A stretch of 64,000 nt of DNA from an archaeon (lineage in GTDB: Archaea; Nanobdellota; Nanobdellia; Woesearchaeales; UBA9642), in the NCBI GenBank assembly GCA_020057295.1, contig JAGVGF010000002.1, positions 203,878 through 267,877 on the forward strand, in the 5' to 3' direction. The stretch's first letter is position 1. Every line of letters begins with the position of its first letter. Under the pieces are notes generated by a model. It did no database searches and had not been told where the DNA came from. It saw only the letters and a list, made by a program, of their open reading frames with translations. Below are positions 19,323 to 28,415 of this stretch, piece by piece. A program made the position numbers and the translations under genes.

Positions 19323-19757
19323 ATGGAATCTCACTTATTTTATCTTCCACAAAAAGTTGATGAACAACAAGTCTCTAGATTAGCTTTAGGACCGTTGATG
19401 CCTTCTGAATATCGTAGAACTTTTCCCGTATTTGTAAATAGTCCAGAACTAGGAACAAAAACTGGAACAGTAGGATTTATGGATTTCATAGATCGAAGAG
19501 TAACTTTACCTCAATCTATAAGCAATCGAGGCATTGTTGATGTAATCAGTGTTATGACTGTCGGAATAGAACCAGGATATCAAGGCAAAGAATATTTTCG
19601 TGTAATGCATGATGAACTAGTACGATTAGCGTTAGAAGAACATAAAGACGGTTTAATGTTTGTAAGTCTAGGAAATAAAGACTTAAAACGTAAACTTATA
19701 GTAAAATATGACTATGTTCCATTATCAGAAAAAGAAGTTGTAAAAATGTTAAAGTAG
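19323..19757 (+). CDS. GNAT-fold protein
   Basis: Motif A-like VGIEPGYQGKEY. Confidence 0.5.
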   Translation: MESHLFYLPQKVDEQQVSRLALGPLMPSEYRRTFPVFVNSPELGTKTGTVGFMDFIDRRVTLPQSISNRGIVDVISVMTVGIEPGYQGKEYFRVMHDELVRLALEEHKDGLMFVSLGNKDLKRKLIVKYDYVPLSEKEVVKMLK

Positions 19758-19782
19758 AATTCTAATGTGATGCTGTTTTTTA

Positions 19783-20463
19783 TTAGTTTGTTTTTCTTTT
19801 AAGCTCAAAAGCGTAAAATACTCTATTCTCATCTACTTTATTTTCACCTATTAACTTTACTTTAAATCCTGCTTTTTCAGCTTTCCGCTTCATTTCTTCT
19901 ACAGCTCCAAATTTAGCCTGGCTAATATATATTCTTCCATTTTTCTTTAAATGATTATGTACTTGCTCAAAAAATGTGTTTTGCACATTCAAATTATCAT
20001 CCCAAACAGTTCGTTCGGCATAATCTGAAACTGAATGTGGTGTAAATGGAGGGTTCATTGTTATAACATCAAATTTTTCTTCAGGTTTTATTGCACTAAA
20101 CATGTCGGAAAGTCTTACTTCTATGACTGAGTCAAACTGGTGTGTTTTTACATTTTCTTTGGCGCTCTTAACAGCATTTGGACTGATATCTATTGCTAAA
20201 ACTTTCTTTGCTCCCTTTATAGCTGAAAATATAGCAATCACGCCAGAACCTGTACAGAGATCCAAAACATCATCACCAAGATTTATTTTATAATTCTTCA
20301 CAATTGCCTTGCTGTCTTCGTGTGGCCAGAAAACATTTGGATAAACAACAAATTTTTCTCCTAAATACTCTACAATTGTTCCTTTTCTAGGAGAATTTCT
20401 AAATTTATCTTGCATTTGCTTCTGAATTTCATAAATTTTTTTCATACTCTTTTTGTCAAGCAT
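19783..20463 (-). CDS. HemK/PrmC-like SAM-dependent methyltransferase
   Basis: VF.P.EDS, VLDLCTGSG, NPPF. Confidence 0.85.
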   Translation of the reverse strand: MLDKKSMKKIYEIQKQMQDKFRNSPRKGTIVEYLGEKFVVYPNVFWPHEDSKAIVKNYKINLGDDVLDLCTGSGVIAIFSAIKGAKKVLAIDISPNAVKSAKENVKTHQFDSVIEVRLSDMFSAIKPEEKFDVITMNPPFTPHSVSDYAERTVWDDNLNVQNTFFEQVHNHLKKNGRIYISQAKFGAVEEMKRKAEKAGFKVKLIGENKVDENRVFYAFELKRKTN

Positions 20464-20523
20464 AATTTAACCTAGAACTCATTATTTATAATTTTTTCCA
20501 TAGCTCTGCCTGATTATAAAAAT

Positions 20524-20566
20524 TTTGCCTTCACTTTGATCGTTGGGGGTGATGAGTGAAGGCAAA
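20524..20566 (-). terminator. Perfect 12-bp hairpin downstream of ftsZ followed by T-tract
   Basis: TTTGCCTTCACT (20524-20535) / AGTGAAGGCAAA (20555-20566). Confidence 0.55.
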
Positions 20567-20672
20567 GAATTACATCCATAACGGATCGTGAAAACAACTC
20601 AGCGTGATGCTAGATTCTTTGCAAACTATGTGATTATAATAATAAAGATAAAAAAAATAAAAGTGTAAGAGT

Positions 20673-21728
20673 TTATCTTACAATTTCTATGCCTAATTCA
20701 TCAGACATTCTTTGTCTGTTAGCCTTGGCTTGTTTTGGTGAGACCTTACCCATGATGTATGGACTCTTAACACCAGTAATGATTGTCATTACTGTTAATT
20801 TGCCCTTCATGGACTCGGAGACTCTTGCTCCCCATATTACGTTTGCGTCTTCATCCATTGACTCAGTTACTAACTCGCCAACTCTGCTGATTTCGTCCAA
20901 AGTCATATCATTTCCACCACTAATGTGAATGATTGCTCCTGTAGCTCCTTCGTAGCTAATCTCTAATAATGGATTGCTTAATGCTCCCTTAACAGCTTCT
21001 TCTACTCTGTTGTTAGTATCTGATGCACCAACACCAATAGCTGCTACTCCACCATCAGTCATTATTGCCTTTACATCTGCATAGTCTAAGTTGACTAAGG
21101 ATGGTATTGCAATTGTTTCTACGATTCCTTTAATCATTGTTGCTACTAATTCGTTTGCTACAGCGAATGCTTGTTGTACTGGTAAGTTACCAGCAATTTG
21201 TACTAGTCTGTTGTTATCAATTACTATTACTGTATCTGATACTTGTCGTAATTGTTGTAGGCCAAATTCTGCTTTGTCTACTCTTGCTCTCTCAATCTTG
21301 AATGGCATAGTTACTGTTCCAATAACTATAGCACCCATATCCTTAGCTGTTTGTGCGATTACTGGTGCTGCTCCAGTTCCAGTACCGCCGCCCATACCAG
21401 CACATATAAAGACCATGTCTGAACCTTTCAGTGCTTCCTTGATCTCTTGAATACTTTCTTGTGCTGCCTCAGTTCCTCTTTCCGGGAATCCACCACATCC
21501 TAATCCTCTAGTAACGTCCTTTCCTAATAAGAATTTTCTATCAGCTTCCATTAAATTCAGGTGTTGCTGATCTGTGTTACAGGCAATTATTTCTGCTCCT
21601 TTAATGCCTTTCTTGTATAGCCAGTTAACCATATTGTTACCAGCACCGCCAGCACCAATAACTTTTATGTTGGCTTGGCCAACTTCTACTCCATCATATC
21701 CATTTGCGTTTGTTTTCACGAAGTCCAT
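20673..21728 (-). CDS. ftsZ: Cell division protein FtsZ
   Basis: GAGGAGNN, GMGGGTGTG, NLDYAD, IWGA. Confidence 0.97.
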   Translation of the reverse strand: MDFVKTNANGYDGVEVGQANIKVIGAGGAGNNMVNWLYKKGIKGAEIIACNTDQQHLNLMEADRKFLLGKDVTRGLGCGGFPERGTEAAQESIQEIKEALKGSDMVFICAGMGGGTGTGAAPVIAQTAKDMGAIVIGTVTMPFKIERARVDKAEFGLQQLRQVSDTVIVIDNNRLVQIAGNLPVQQAFAVANELVATMIKGIVETIAIPSLVNLDYADVKAIMTDGGVAAIGVGASDTNNRVEEAVKGALSNPLLEISYEGATGAIIHISGGNDMTLDEISRVGELVTESMDEDANVIWGARVSESMKGKLTVMTIITGVKSPYIMGKVSPKQAKANRQRMSDELGIEIVR

Positions 21729-21819
21729 GTTCTCTAATCCCCCAGGTCGGGCCCTGTCTTTTTTTATAATTGATTAATCATCTTGCAATATGTATTTTGC
21801 AAAATATAGCTTTGACTAT

Positions 21820-21834
21820 GAAAATCTTTATATA
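21820..21834 (+). promoter_or_regulatory. BRE-TATA pointing away from ftsZ into the hairpin block (candidate antisense promoter)
   Basis: GAAAATC-TTTATATA, same form as promoters at 10839, 33276, 52865. Confidence 0.5.
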
Positions 21835-21861
21835 CTATGCTGTACTAACTATCCTTAGAAT

Positions 21862-21976
21862 AAGTTTTTATCTCGCCAAAGATAAACTTTCGTTATCGCG
21901 CTTTTCGCCAAAAAAGTACGATATCAGTTTTGTTTTTCGTATACTAGTGTTTTAAGTTTTCGCCAAAAAACTTTAA
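21862..21976. ncRNA. Candidate structured RNA: three stem-loops with identical CGCCAA (+) / UUGGCG (-) loops
   Basis: TCGCCAAA at 21873, 21905, 21960, each inside a different self-complementary stem. Confidence 0.5.
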
Positions 21977-22001
21977 TTGATTCTTTTAATCATTAAACTA
22001 A

Positions 22002-22015
22002 TATATAAAGCTTTC
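22002..22015 (-). promoter_or_regulatory. BRE-TATA pointing toward ftsZ
   Basis: Minus strand GAAAGC-TTTATATA. Confidence 0.5.
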
Positions 22016-22064
22016 TGTTGTTTAAACTATTGATTAGTAAATATCTTTTGTAATTTATATTCTA

Positions 22065-22712
22065 GAAAACATCTTTCAGAGTGATGTTCGTGCTTATTTG
22101 ATATTTTTTCGTTTCAGAATTTTTATTTTTCTAATAATATTTCTTTCTTACCCGGATATAAATTCATTGCAGCCATTTGTTGATATTGTATTTCTGTAAG
22201 CACAAGATGTGTTATTGTGAATGCATATTTTTCTTTTATTTTTACAATTATTTCTCTAATAAAACTATTATCAATGCTTTCTCCTATAACTAATAAGCTT
22301 GCCTTATCTTTTTCTTCACGACCATAAAGTATGATTGTTTTGATTCCTTCAATCTTATTAGCTTGATCAACGAATTCATCTATTATGGTTTTCTTTTCTT
22401 CAAATATTGTTTCTAGATATTTTGTTTTCTCATTATTTGTAAGTTGATATATCTTTAGATGTTTTATTTTAGTACGTTCAATTATTTCTAATTCCATTAA
22501 TTTTTGCAACAATCTATGTGTTGTAGCTAATGATACTTTTGTTTGCTTTGCAATCTCTTGAAGGTACAATTGTTGGTCCTTTTTCTTAAGGAACAACTTT
22601 AGAACAGACAGCATTTTCTTGTCAAACAGGTTTTCAAGTAATTTCTGATTCTCCATAATATGCTGTTTATAGACTCCTATATAAACTTTTCCATTTATGA
22701 AAACATCTTTCA
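22065..22712. repeat. 14-bp direct repeat GAAAACATCTTTCA (TGAAA-N5-TTTCA palindrome) at 22065-22078 and 22699-22712
   Basis: Exact copies flank the wHTH gene. Confidence 0.6.
22123..22656 (-). CDS. Winged-HTH protein fused to degenerate nucleotidyltransferase-like domain
   Basis: LQEIAKQTKVSLATTHRLL.KL HTH; IILYG...LLVI lacking GS/DxD; probable start MENQK behind a TATA. Confidence 0.75.
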   Translation of the reverse strand: MENQKLLENLFDKKMLSVLKLFLKKKDQQLYLQEIAKQTKVSLATTHRLLQKLMELEIIERTKIKHLKIYQLTNNEKTKYLETIFEEKKTIIDEFVDQANKIEGIKTIILYGREEKDKASLLVIGESIDNSFIREIIVKIKEKYAFTITHLVLTEIQYQQMAAMNLYPGKKEILLEK

Positions 22713-22830
22713 AAAATGATTTTTATTTATTTGTGTTTTGAGAATAATTTGTGCTCAAATAAAATTTATTTCTATATTTGTAATGTTTTTGCAACGGTTT
22801 GTGCTTCCTAGAAATTAGTTTTATACTAAC

Positions 22831-23502
22831 CTACCTTACGTGCCTTACATCCCTATATGACATGTCCATATCTTTTGTTCTTTGTATATCTCTTTCCTTT
22901 AAAGTTGTTTTTCTTAATAATGAACCTGTTTTAAGATCAATTTTTTGCAGTAATGCCTCTTCCATTCGTAACAATGTTTCTTCTCTTCCCAATATATCGC
23001 TTAGTATCTTGATATTTTCTTTATTGTTAACTATCTCTTCATCTGTTTTTTCCATAAGATCTATCTGCTTCTGCCATATAGGTTCTATTGATTTTAGCAA
23101 TCTCATAAGCTCATTCAAGTCATTAATCGTTTCTTGTTCCAATTGTCCAAGTTCTGATGACTCCTCATTTTTAATAAGTTCTTTCAAAATATCTATTCCT
23201 TTCAGACAAGATTTTTGTTCCTTATCATTATCTAATTCATCTGCATCGAACATTCCTTCAAGTTTTTCAATCTCAACCCGTACTGTTTTGAATGATTCTT
23301 TGCTTGGTTTTTTTAGAAACTCGTAATAGCTTTTAATCTTAGAATTATGATTAAGTATTATATTCTGGAATGATTTGATTACTTCATCCAAGTCTTCATC
23401 AAGGCCCTTAAGCTTATCAACACTTTCACGATAGTACTTTCCAGCATCCTTTTTCTTCTTTAATCCAAAAAATCCTTGATAAATGTGCTCATTAATTCTC
23501 AT
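22831..23502 (-). CDS. Hypothetical alpha-helical/coiled-coil protein
   Basis: 223-aa E/K/L-rich ORF. Confidence 0.65.
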   Translation of the reverse strand: MRINEHIYQGFFGLKKKKDAGKYYRESVDKLKGLDEDLDEVIKSFQNIILNHNSKIKSYYEFLKKPSKESFKTVRVEIEKLEGMFDADELDNDKEQKSCLKGIDILKELIKNEESSELGQLEQETINDLNELMRLLKSIEPIWQKQIDLMEKTDEEIVNNKENIKILSDILGREETLLRMEEALLQKIDLKTGSLLRKTTLKERDIQRTKDMDMSYRDVRHVR

Positions 23503-23540
23503 AATATTAAAGAAATGAACTTACATATATATTTATTGAT

Positions 23541-25322
23541 TTATTTAATATATCCACCTTTCTGTAAGTTCCACAATTTTTTATATTCCCCAGGCTTCTT
23601 TATTAATTGTCTATGTGTTCCTGCTTGTACTATCTTTCCTTTCTTTAGAACAACTATCTTGTCAGCTTTCATAATCGTGCTTAGCCTGTGTGCTATTATT
23701 ATTGTTGTTCTTCCTTTCATTAACTTCTCTAATGCTGCTTGTATGTCGTGTTCTGTTTGTGAATCTAAAGCTGATGTTGCTTCATCTAATACTAATATTT
23801 TTTTATTAGCAAGAATTGCTCTTGCTATACTTACTCTTTGTTTTTCTCCACCGGATAACTTAACACCCCTTTCTCCTACTACTGTTTCTTCTTTTTTCGG
23901 GAATTCTTTGATTATTTTATCTAATTGTGCAAATTTTATTGCTTCCATTATCTCTTCTTTTGTTGCTTCAGGTTTTGAGAATCCAACATTGTTATATATA
24001 CTATTATCAAATAATACGCACTCTTGTGGCACTATACTCATTTCTGATCTCAAAGTTTCTTGCTGTATATCTCTTATATCTATTCCATCAACCTTTATTG
24101 ATCCTTCATCAACATCATACAATCTATATAATAGTTTGACTAATGTAGACTTTCCTGATCCGGAATGTCCAACAAACGCTACTTTCTTATTTTTATTAAT
24201 TTTCAATGTGAAATCTTCAAAAATTTTTCTCTGACCATACTTAAATGTCATATTTTCAAAATCTATAATTCCATCGTTTATGATTATTGGCTTTGCTTCA
24301 GGCTTATCTTTTACTTCCTGTTCAACTTTATTATACTCAAACAAACTCTGGAAATCTACCATTACCCTATAGTATTCTCTCATTCCATGCACAAATCCAA
24401 ATAATGGATTCATTAATGTTCCATACACAGTATATATGAATACTACAGTTCCAAGACTTATTTCATTATTGATGAATCTAGTCAACGGTACATATAATAA
24501 TAGAAATGTTCCTATGCTTAATATTAATGCTTGACCTGCATCAAGCCATCTGAAATAGTCCCAATTCTTTTTCATCCAGAATCTAGTATTTTCAGTAATA
24601 TCCTGGAATTTGTTCTTGATATACTGTTCTTTACCGAAATATTTTATTGAATCTATATTAGTAAATATGTCTGCTATGTTTCCCTTTTCAAAATCTTCAA
24701 CTTCGTTTGCTTTTACACTTGAAGGTTTCTGTATCTCTTGAACAACGTAACTATATGATACGAATAATATAACCGTTAAGAACACAATCAGTCCTGTCGT
24801 TAAATCAAAAAGTATTAATGATGCTGAAACTATAACTAACTGGAATATTAATGGTGCTACATTAAATGCTATTATATCAGTCATTCGTTCAACAGCTCTT
24901 CCTCCTCTTGTTAAACGTGATATCATTGATCCAGTTCTATTACTAGTGTGGAATTTGTGTGATAGATCTACAATATGATTGAAGAATCTTACTTTAATAT
25001 CTGTAATTAATCCTGATTCTAGTTTGTTTATAGAATTTAACATAAACCATTTTAGTATGCTTCTAATTATTACTACACTAACATATATTCCAGCAACCAT
25101 TACTAATGCTTGTACTAACGCTTCATTGCTTAATGTTCCTGATGCATGTTCAGTTCCTTTGTCTATAATTATCTTAAATATGAATCTGTCAGCTACATAT
25201 GTAGCTTCAACAACTAGAACTATGGCTAATAAGATTATAAATAGTACACGATATTTTTTTAATAGTTCTAGATATATCCTTAGGTTATATCTGAAATCTA
25301 TCTTTTCAGGTTTATCACTCAT
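23541..25322 (-). CDS. ABC exporter, fused permease/ATPase (MsbA/Atm1-like)
   Basis: TM domain + GHSGSGKS, LSGGEKQR, LDEATSALD, IAHRLST; probable start MSDKPEK. Confidence 0.92.
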   Translation of the reverse strand: MSDKPEKIDFRYNLRIYLELLKKYRVLFIILLAIVLVVEATYVADRFIFKIIIDKGTEHASGTLSNEALVQALVMVAGIYVSVVIIRSILKWFMLNSINKLESGLITDIKVRFFNHIVDLSHKFHTSNRTGSMISRLTRGGRAVERMTDIIAFNVAPLIFQLVIVSASLILFDLTTGLIVFLTVILFVSYSYVVQEIQKPSSVKANEVEDFEKGNIADIFTNIDSIKYFGKEQYIKNKFQDITENTRFWMKKNWDYFRWLDAGQALILSIGTFLLLYVPLTRFINNEISLGTVVFIYTVYGTLMNPLFGFVHGMREYYRVMVDFQSLFEYNKVEQEVKDKPEAKPIIINDGIIDFENMTFKYGQRKIFEDFTLKINKNKKVAFVGHSGSGKSTLVKLLYRLYDVDEGSIKVDGIDIRDIQQETLRSEMSIVPQECVLFDNSIYNNVGFSKPEATKEEIMEAIKFAQLDKIIKEFPKKEETVVGERGVKLSGGEKQRVSIARAILANKKILVLDEATSALDSQTEHDIQAALEKLMKGRTTIIIAHRLSTIMKADKIVVLKKGKIVQAGTHRQLIKKPGEYKKLWNLQKGGYIK

Positions 25323-25383
25323 AACACAACCCCTACTATATGAGCACATTAACACTTTATAAAACTTTGTCTTCACTTTACGG

Positions 25384-25471
25384 AGAATTTACGTGCGCCT
25401 TTTACAAAAAGTCGCGTCAAAAGTGTGTGTTAACTTTTAGTTAAGCACACGAATACTTTATTCAGAATTTA
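25384..25471 (+). mobile_element. 72-bp three-hairpin element flanked by 8-bp direct repeat AGAATTTA
   Basis: Repeats at 25384-25391 and 25464-25471; shares layout and termini with the element at 39345-39417. Confidence 0.4.
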
Positions 25472-25474
25472 GAA

Positions 25475-27247
25475 TCAGTACTGTTCCTTATAAAATCCTT
25501 CTACTTGATTTAATGTAGAACTTTCGTCAGGTCTTCTATCCATTCTTATTCTTACAAGTCTTGGGAATCTTAATGCATATCCTGAACTGTATGAAGGACT
25601 TTTTTGTATCTCTTCAAACTTTAATTCTACAACGATGTTAGGTTTGATTGTGACTTCTCTTCCTTTTTCTGTAATTATGTACGGCTTTAGCGCTTCTGTA
25701 AGTTCATTGAATGATACTATATTCTCATCATTCAAGTCTTCTTCTCCCTTCTTTTCTTTAATTCCAGTTCCAAACTTTCCAATTTCAAGATAATTGTCAG
25801 TATCTTCATCATATATTGCAACAGTGTATGATGTAAGCCAACCAGTTCTTTTCCCTTCGCCCCATTCTGCTGCAACGATAACAACATCTAAAGTTTCCAT
25901 TACCGGCTTAAGTTTTATCCATGTTCCTACTCTTGAGCCAGGTTTGTATGGCGCATTAATATTCTTGAACATCACACCTTCATTTCCAGCATCAAGACTC
26001 TTTTTATAGAATTTCTCTGCATCATTATCATTGTCTGTTATTACTTGCTGCGCAAGTCTAATATGGAATGGTTTCTCTTTTATTATCTTTTCAATCAACT
26101 TTCTACGTTCACTAAATGTTTCCTTAATAGTTGATTTACCATCATAATATATTATATCAAAAATGTTTAATTCTACAGGAACATCTTTAGCCATTTGTTC
26201 AATATCATACTTTCTCTTTATTCTTTGAGAAATATTCTGAAAAGGAACATACTTTTTTGTTTGAGGATTATAGCCTACCGCTTCTCCATCAATAATACAT
26301 GATTCTGTAGTAATATTTTCTCTAATCAATTTAACTACTTCTGGAAATTGTGCGCTAACATTTTCTAACCTTCTAGTATGTATGGTTACTTTATCTCCAT
26401 GTTTTCCAATTAACATTCTAAAGCCATCATACTTATATTCAATAGCTGCTGGCCTTCCTACTGTTTCAAATGCTTCGCTAACGTTTTTAGCTTTTTGTGC
26501 TAACATTACTTTTACTGGCTTTTGTGTATTTAACTCTAATGTTTGTAAAATGTTAATATCATCATCAATAATCATTTGAGCAACTATTGCATAATCATTA
26601 GTCACATCATAAGCTTCCTGTATTGAATCACGAATCTTTACAAGTTCAGAACCGCCACCAAAACTGGGGTCTTTACTTTCCAAATCAACCTTTCCACCAT
26701 GTCTCTCATAATAAGCTATTGCAATTGCATCTCTTAGCGTTCCTTCTCCTAATCCTACACGTAAATCTTCTAGAACAGTTCTCGTAATATATTTTGCTTC
26801 TTTAGGCTTTGCACTAGTAAGTAATTCAGCGATAGTTTTTAATTTCACATCTGTACTTCCAAGTCCTTCGATAGTTGCAAGTTTTTGAATGTTTGAGAAT
26901 ACTTTGTCAACTGTTAAATCTTGACTAAATAATGTGTGTTGTCTTTTCTTTTTTATTAATTCTTCAGATGTTAATCCTAAATCCCCTGTTTTCTTCCATG
27001 TTTTTTCAATATCATCTGTAGTTATTCCTGATGCAATATTTAATGCTTTAACAATTAATTTTGATGCCACACCTATCTTTCTATCATCAGATTTTGGAAA
27101 TACTATTCCTTGAACTAATAACATGATCTTATCAACATCTTTTTTAGGGCAATTTTTCAAGAATTCAGCAAGTATTATGGTCTTTTCAAGCCTCTTACTT
27201 GTACTTTCAAGTTTCTCATATAATTCTGTTAATTGAATATAATCCAT
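25475..27247 (-). CDS. lig: ATP-dependent DNA ligase
   Basis: EYKYDG, IDGE, EGVMFK, WIKLK, LRFPR. Confidence 0.96.
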   Translation of the reverse strand: MDYIQLTELYEKLESTSKRLEKTIILAEFLKNCPKKDVDKIMLLVQGIVFPKSDDRKIGVASKLIVKALNIASGITTDDIEKTWKKTGDLGLTSEELIKKKRQHTLFSQDLTVDKVFSNIQKLATIEGLGSTDVKLKTIAELLTSAKPKEAKYITRTVLEDLRVGLGEGTLRDAIAIAYYERHGGKVDLESKDPSFGGGSELVKIRDSIQEAYDVTNDYAIVAQMIIDDDINILQTLELNTQKPVKVMLAQKAKNVSEAFETVGRPAAIEYKYDGFRMLIGKHGDKVTIHTRRLENVSAQFPEVVKLIRENITTESCIIDGEAVGYNPQTKKYVPFQNISQRIKRKYDIEQMAKDVPVELNIFDIIYYDGKSTIKETFSERRKLIEKIIKEKPFHIRLAQQVITDNDNDAEKFYKKSLDAGNEGVMFKNINAPYKPGSRVGTWIKLKPVMETLDVVIVAAEWGEGKRTGWLTSYTVAIYDEDTDNYLEIGKFGTGIKEKKGEEDLNDENIVSFNELTEALKPYIITEKGREVTIKPNIVVELKFEEIQKSPSYSSGYALRFPRLVRIRMDRRPDESSTLNQVEGFYKEQY

Positions 27248-27341
27248 AGAATAATGATATACCCTACACTTTTAAAAATTTGATGAAAATAGTCCTAGCA
27301 GTCTATGTTTTCATAACTTTTATAAACTTCTATTTATTCAC

Positions 27342-28409
27342 GTGAGTATGGGATTGTATGATGATTTACTAAAGGGTGGAGAATCCCTATTTAAGAACGA
27401 GTACGCATTAGATTATACTTTTCTTCCAAAAACTGTTCCTTATAGAGAGGCACAACAGAAATATCTAGCTTCATGTATAAAACCTTTATTGATGGATCAT
27501 AATGGACGTAATGTTCTGGTCCATGGTCCACCAGGTGTTGGTAAGACTGCTGCATTAAAACACTTACTTCGAGAATTAGATGAAAGCGATGAATTTGCAG
27601 AAAAACTTTTCCCAATATATGTTAATTGCTGGCATAAAAATACCACATATAAAGTAGTCCTAGAATTATGTGATCAAGTTGGTTACGCATTCGTACAAAA
27701 TAAGAATACTGAAGATTTATTCAAAATAGTTACGCAAATTATTAATAAAAAAGGAGCAATATTTGTATTCGATGAGATAGATAAGGCTGAAGATACAGAC
27801 TTCCTATATATACTATCAGAAATGGTTTTTAAAAAAACCATATTTTTAGTAACGAATTATAAATCTTGGCTTCTAGAATTAGATGATAGGATTAGAAGTA
27901 GATTAATGATGGAACAGACAGAATTTCCACAATATAATGCTGAAGAAGTTGCTGGAATATTAAAAGAGAGAATCCCTTATGCATTTAACACTAATTGTGT
28001 TGATGATGATGCAATAATAGCAATTGCTAACAAGGCAGCTGATTTAAAAGACTTAAGGATAGGAATGTTTTTACTTAGAGAATCTGCAGTAGTTGCAGAA
28101 TCTAAAGGCAGTAAACGTGTTAAAGCAGAGCATGTACAGTCAGCTATCTTGAAAATAGATCAGTTCACAATTAAGAGTACTGATGATTTGGATGATGATG
28201 CTAAAAATATATTAAAAATTGTTAGAGAATATAGTGGTAAAAAAATTGGTGACTTATATAAATTATATGAGCAGGCCGGCGGTAAAACTTCTTATAAAAC
28301 CTTTCAGCGTAAAATCACCAAGTTAGAAGAAGGTAAGTTTATTTCTTTAGAAAGAACTCATGCTGGTGGTAATACTACTATTGTGAATAAAAAATTAACG
28401 GAATATTAA
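27342..28409 (+). CDS. cdc6: Orc1/Cdc6 family replication initiator
   Basis: PYRE, GPPGVGKT, YVNC, FDEID, RSRL, Y..EE...IL..R, C-terminal wHTH. Confidence 0.88.
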   Translation: MSMGLYDDLLKGGESLFKNEYALDYTFLPKTVPYREAQQKYLASCIKPLLMDHNGRNVLVHGPPGVGKTAALKHLLRELDESDEFAEKLFPIYVNCWHKNTTYKVVLELCDQVGYAFVQNKNTEDLFKIVTQIINKKGAIFVFDEIDKAEDTDFLYILSEMVFKKTIFLVTNYKSWLLELDDRIRSRLMMEQTEFPQYNAEEVAGILKERIPYAFNTNCVDDDAIIAIANKAADLKDLRIGMFLLRESAVVAESKGSKRVKAEHVQSAILKIDQFTIKSTDDLDDDAKNILKIVREYSGKKIGDLYKLYEQAGGKTSYKTFQRKITKLEEGKFISLERTHAGGNTTIVNKKLTEY

Positions 28410-28415
28410 GGTGAG

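Noticed and set aside
20463-20622. SAM riboswitch for the downstream methyltransferase
   Set aside because: No SAM riboswitch consensus; the gene has its own TATA about 25 nt before the ATG, so the structure is probably not in its leader
21770-21955. 61-aa + strand ORF, or a cdrS-like ORF upstream of ftsZ
   Set aside because: TTG start, no SD, no RHH pattern; no suitable minus-strand ORF found
21862-21976. Mini CRISPR array
   Set aside because: Repeated core is only 8 nt with irregular spacing (32 and 55 bp); no cas genes
27248-27341. Replication origin next to cdc6
   Set aside because: Only 94 bp holding divergent promoters; no TTCCAGTGGAAA-type ORB or G-string
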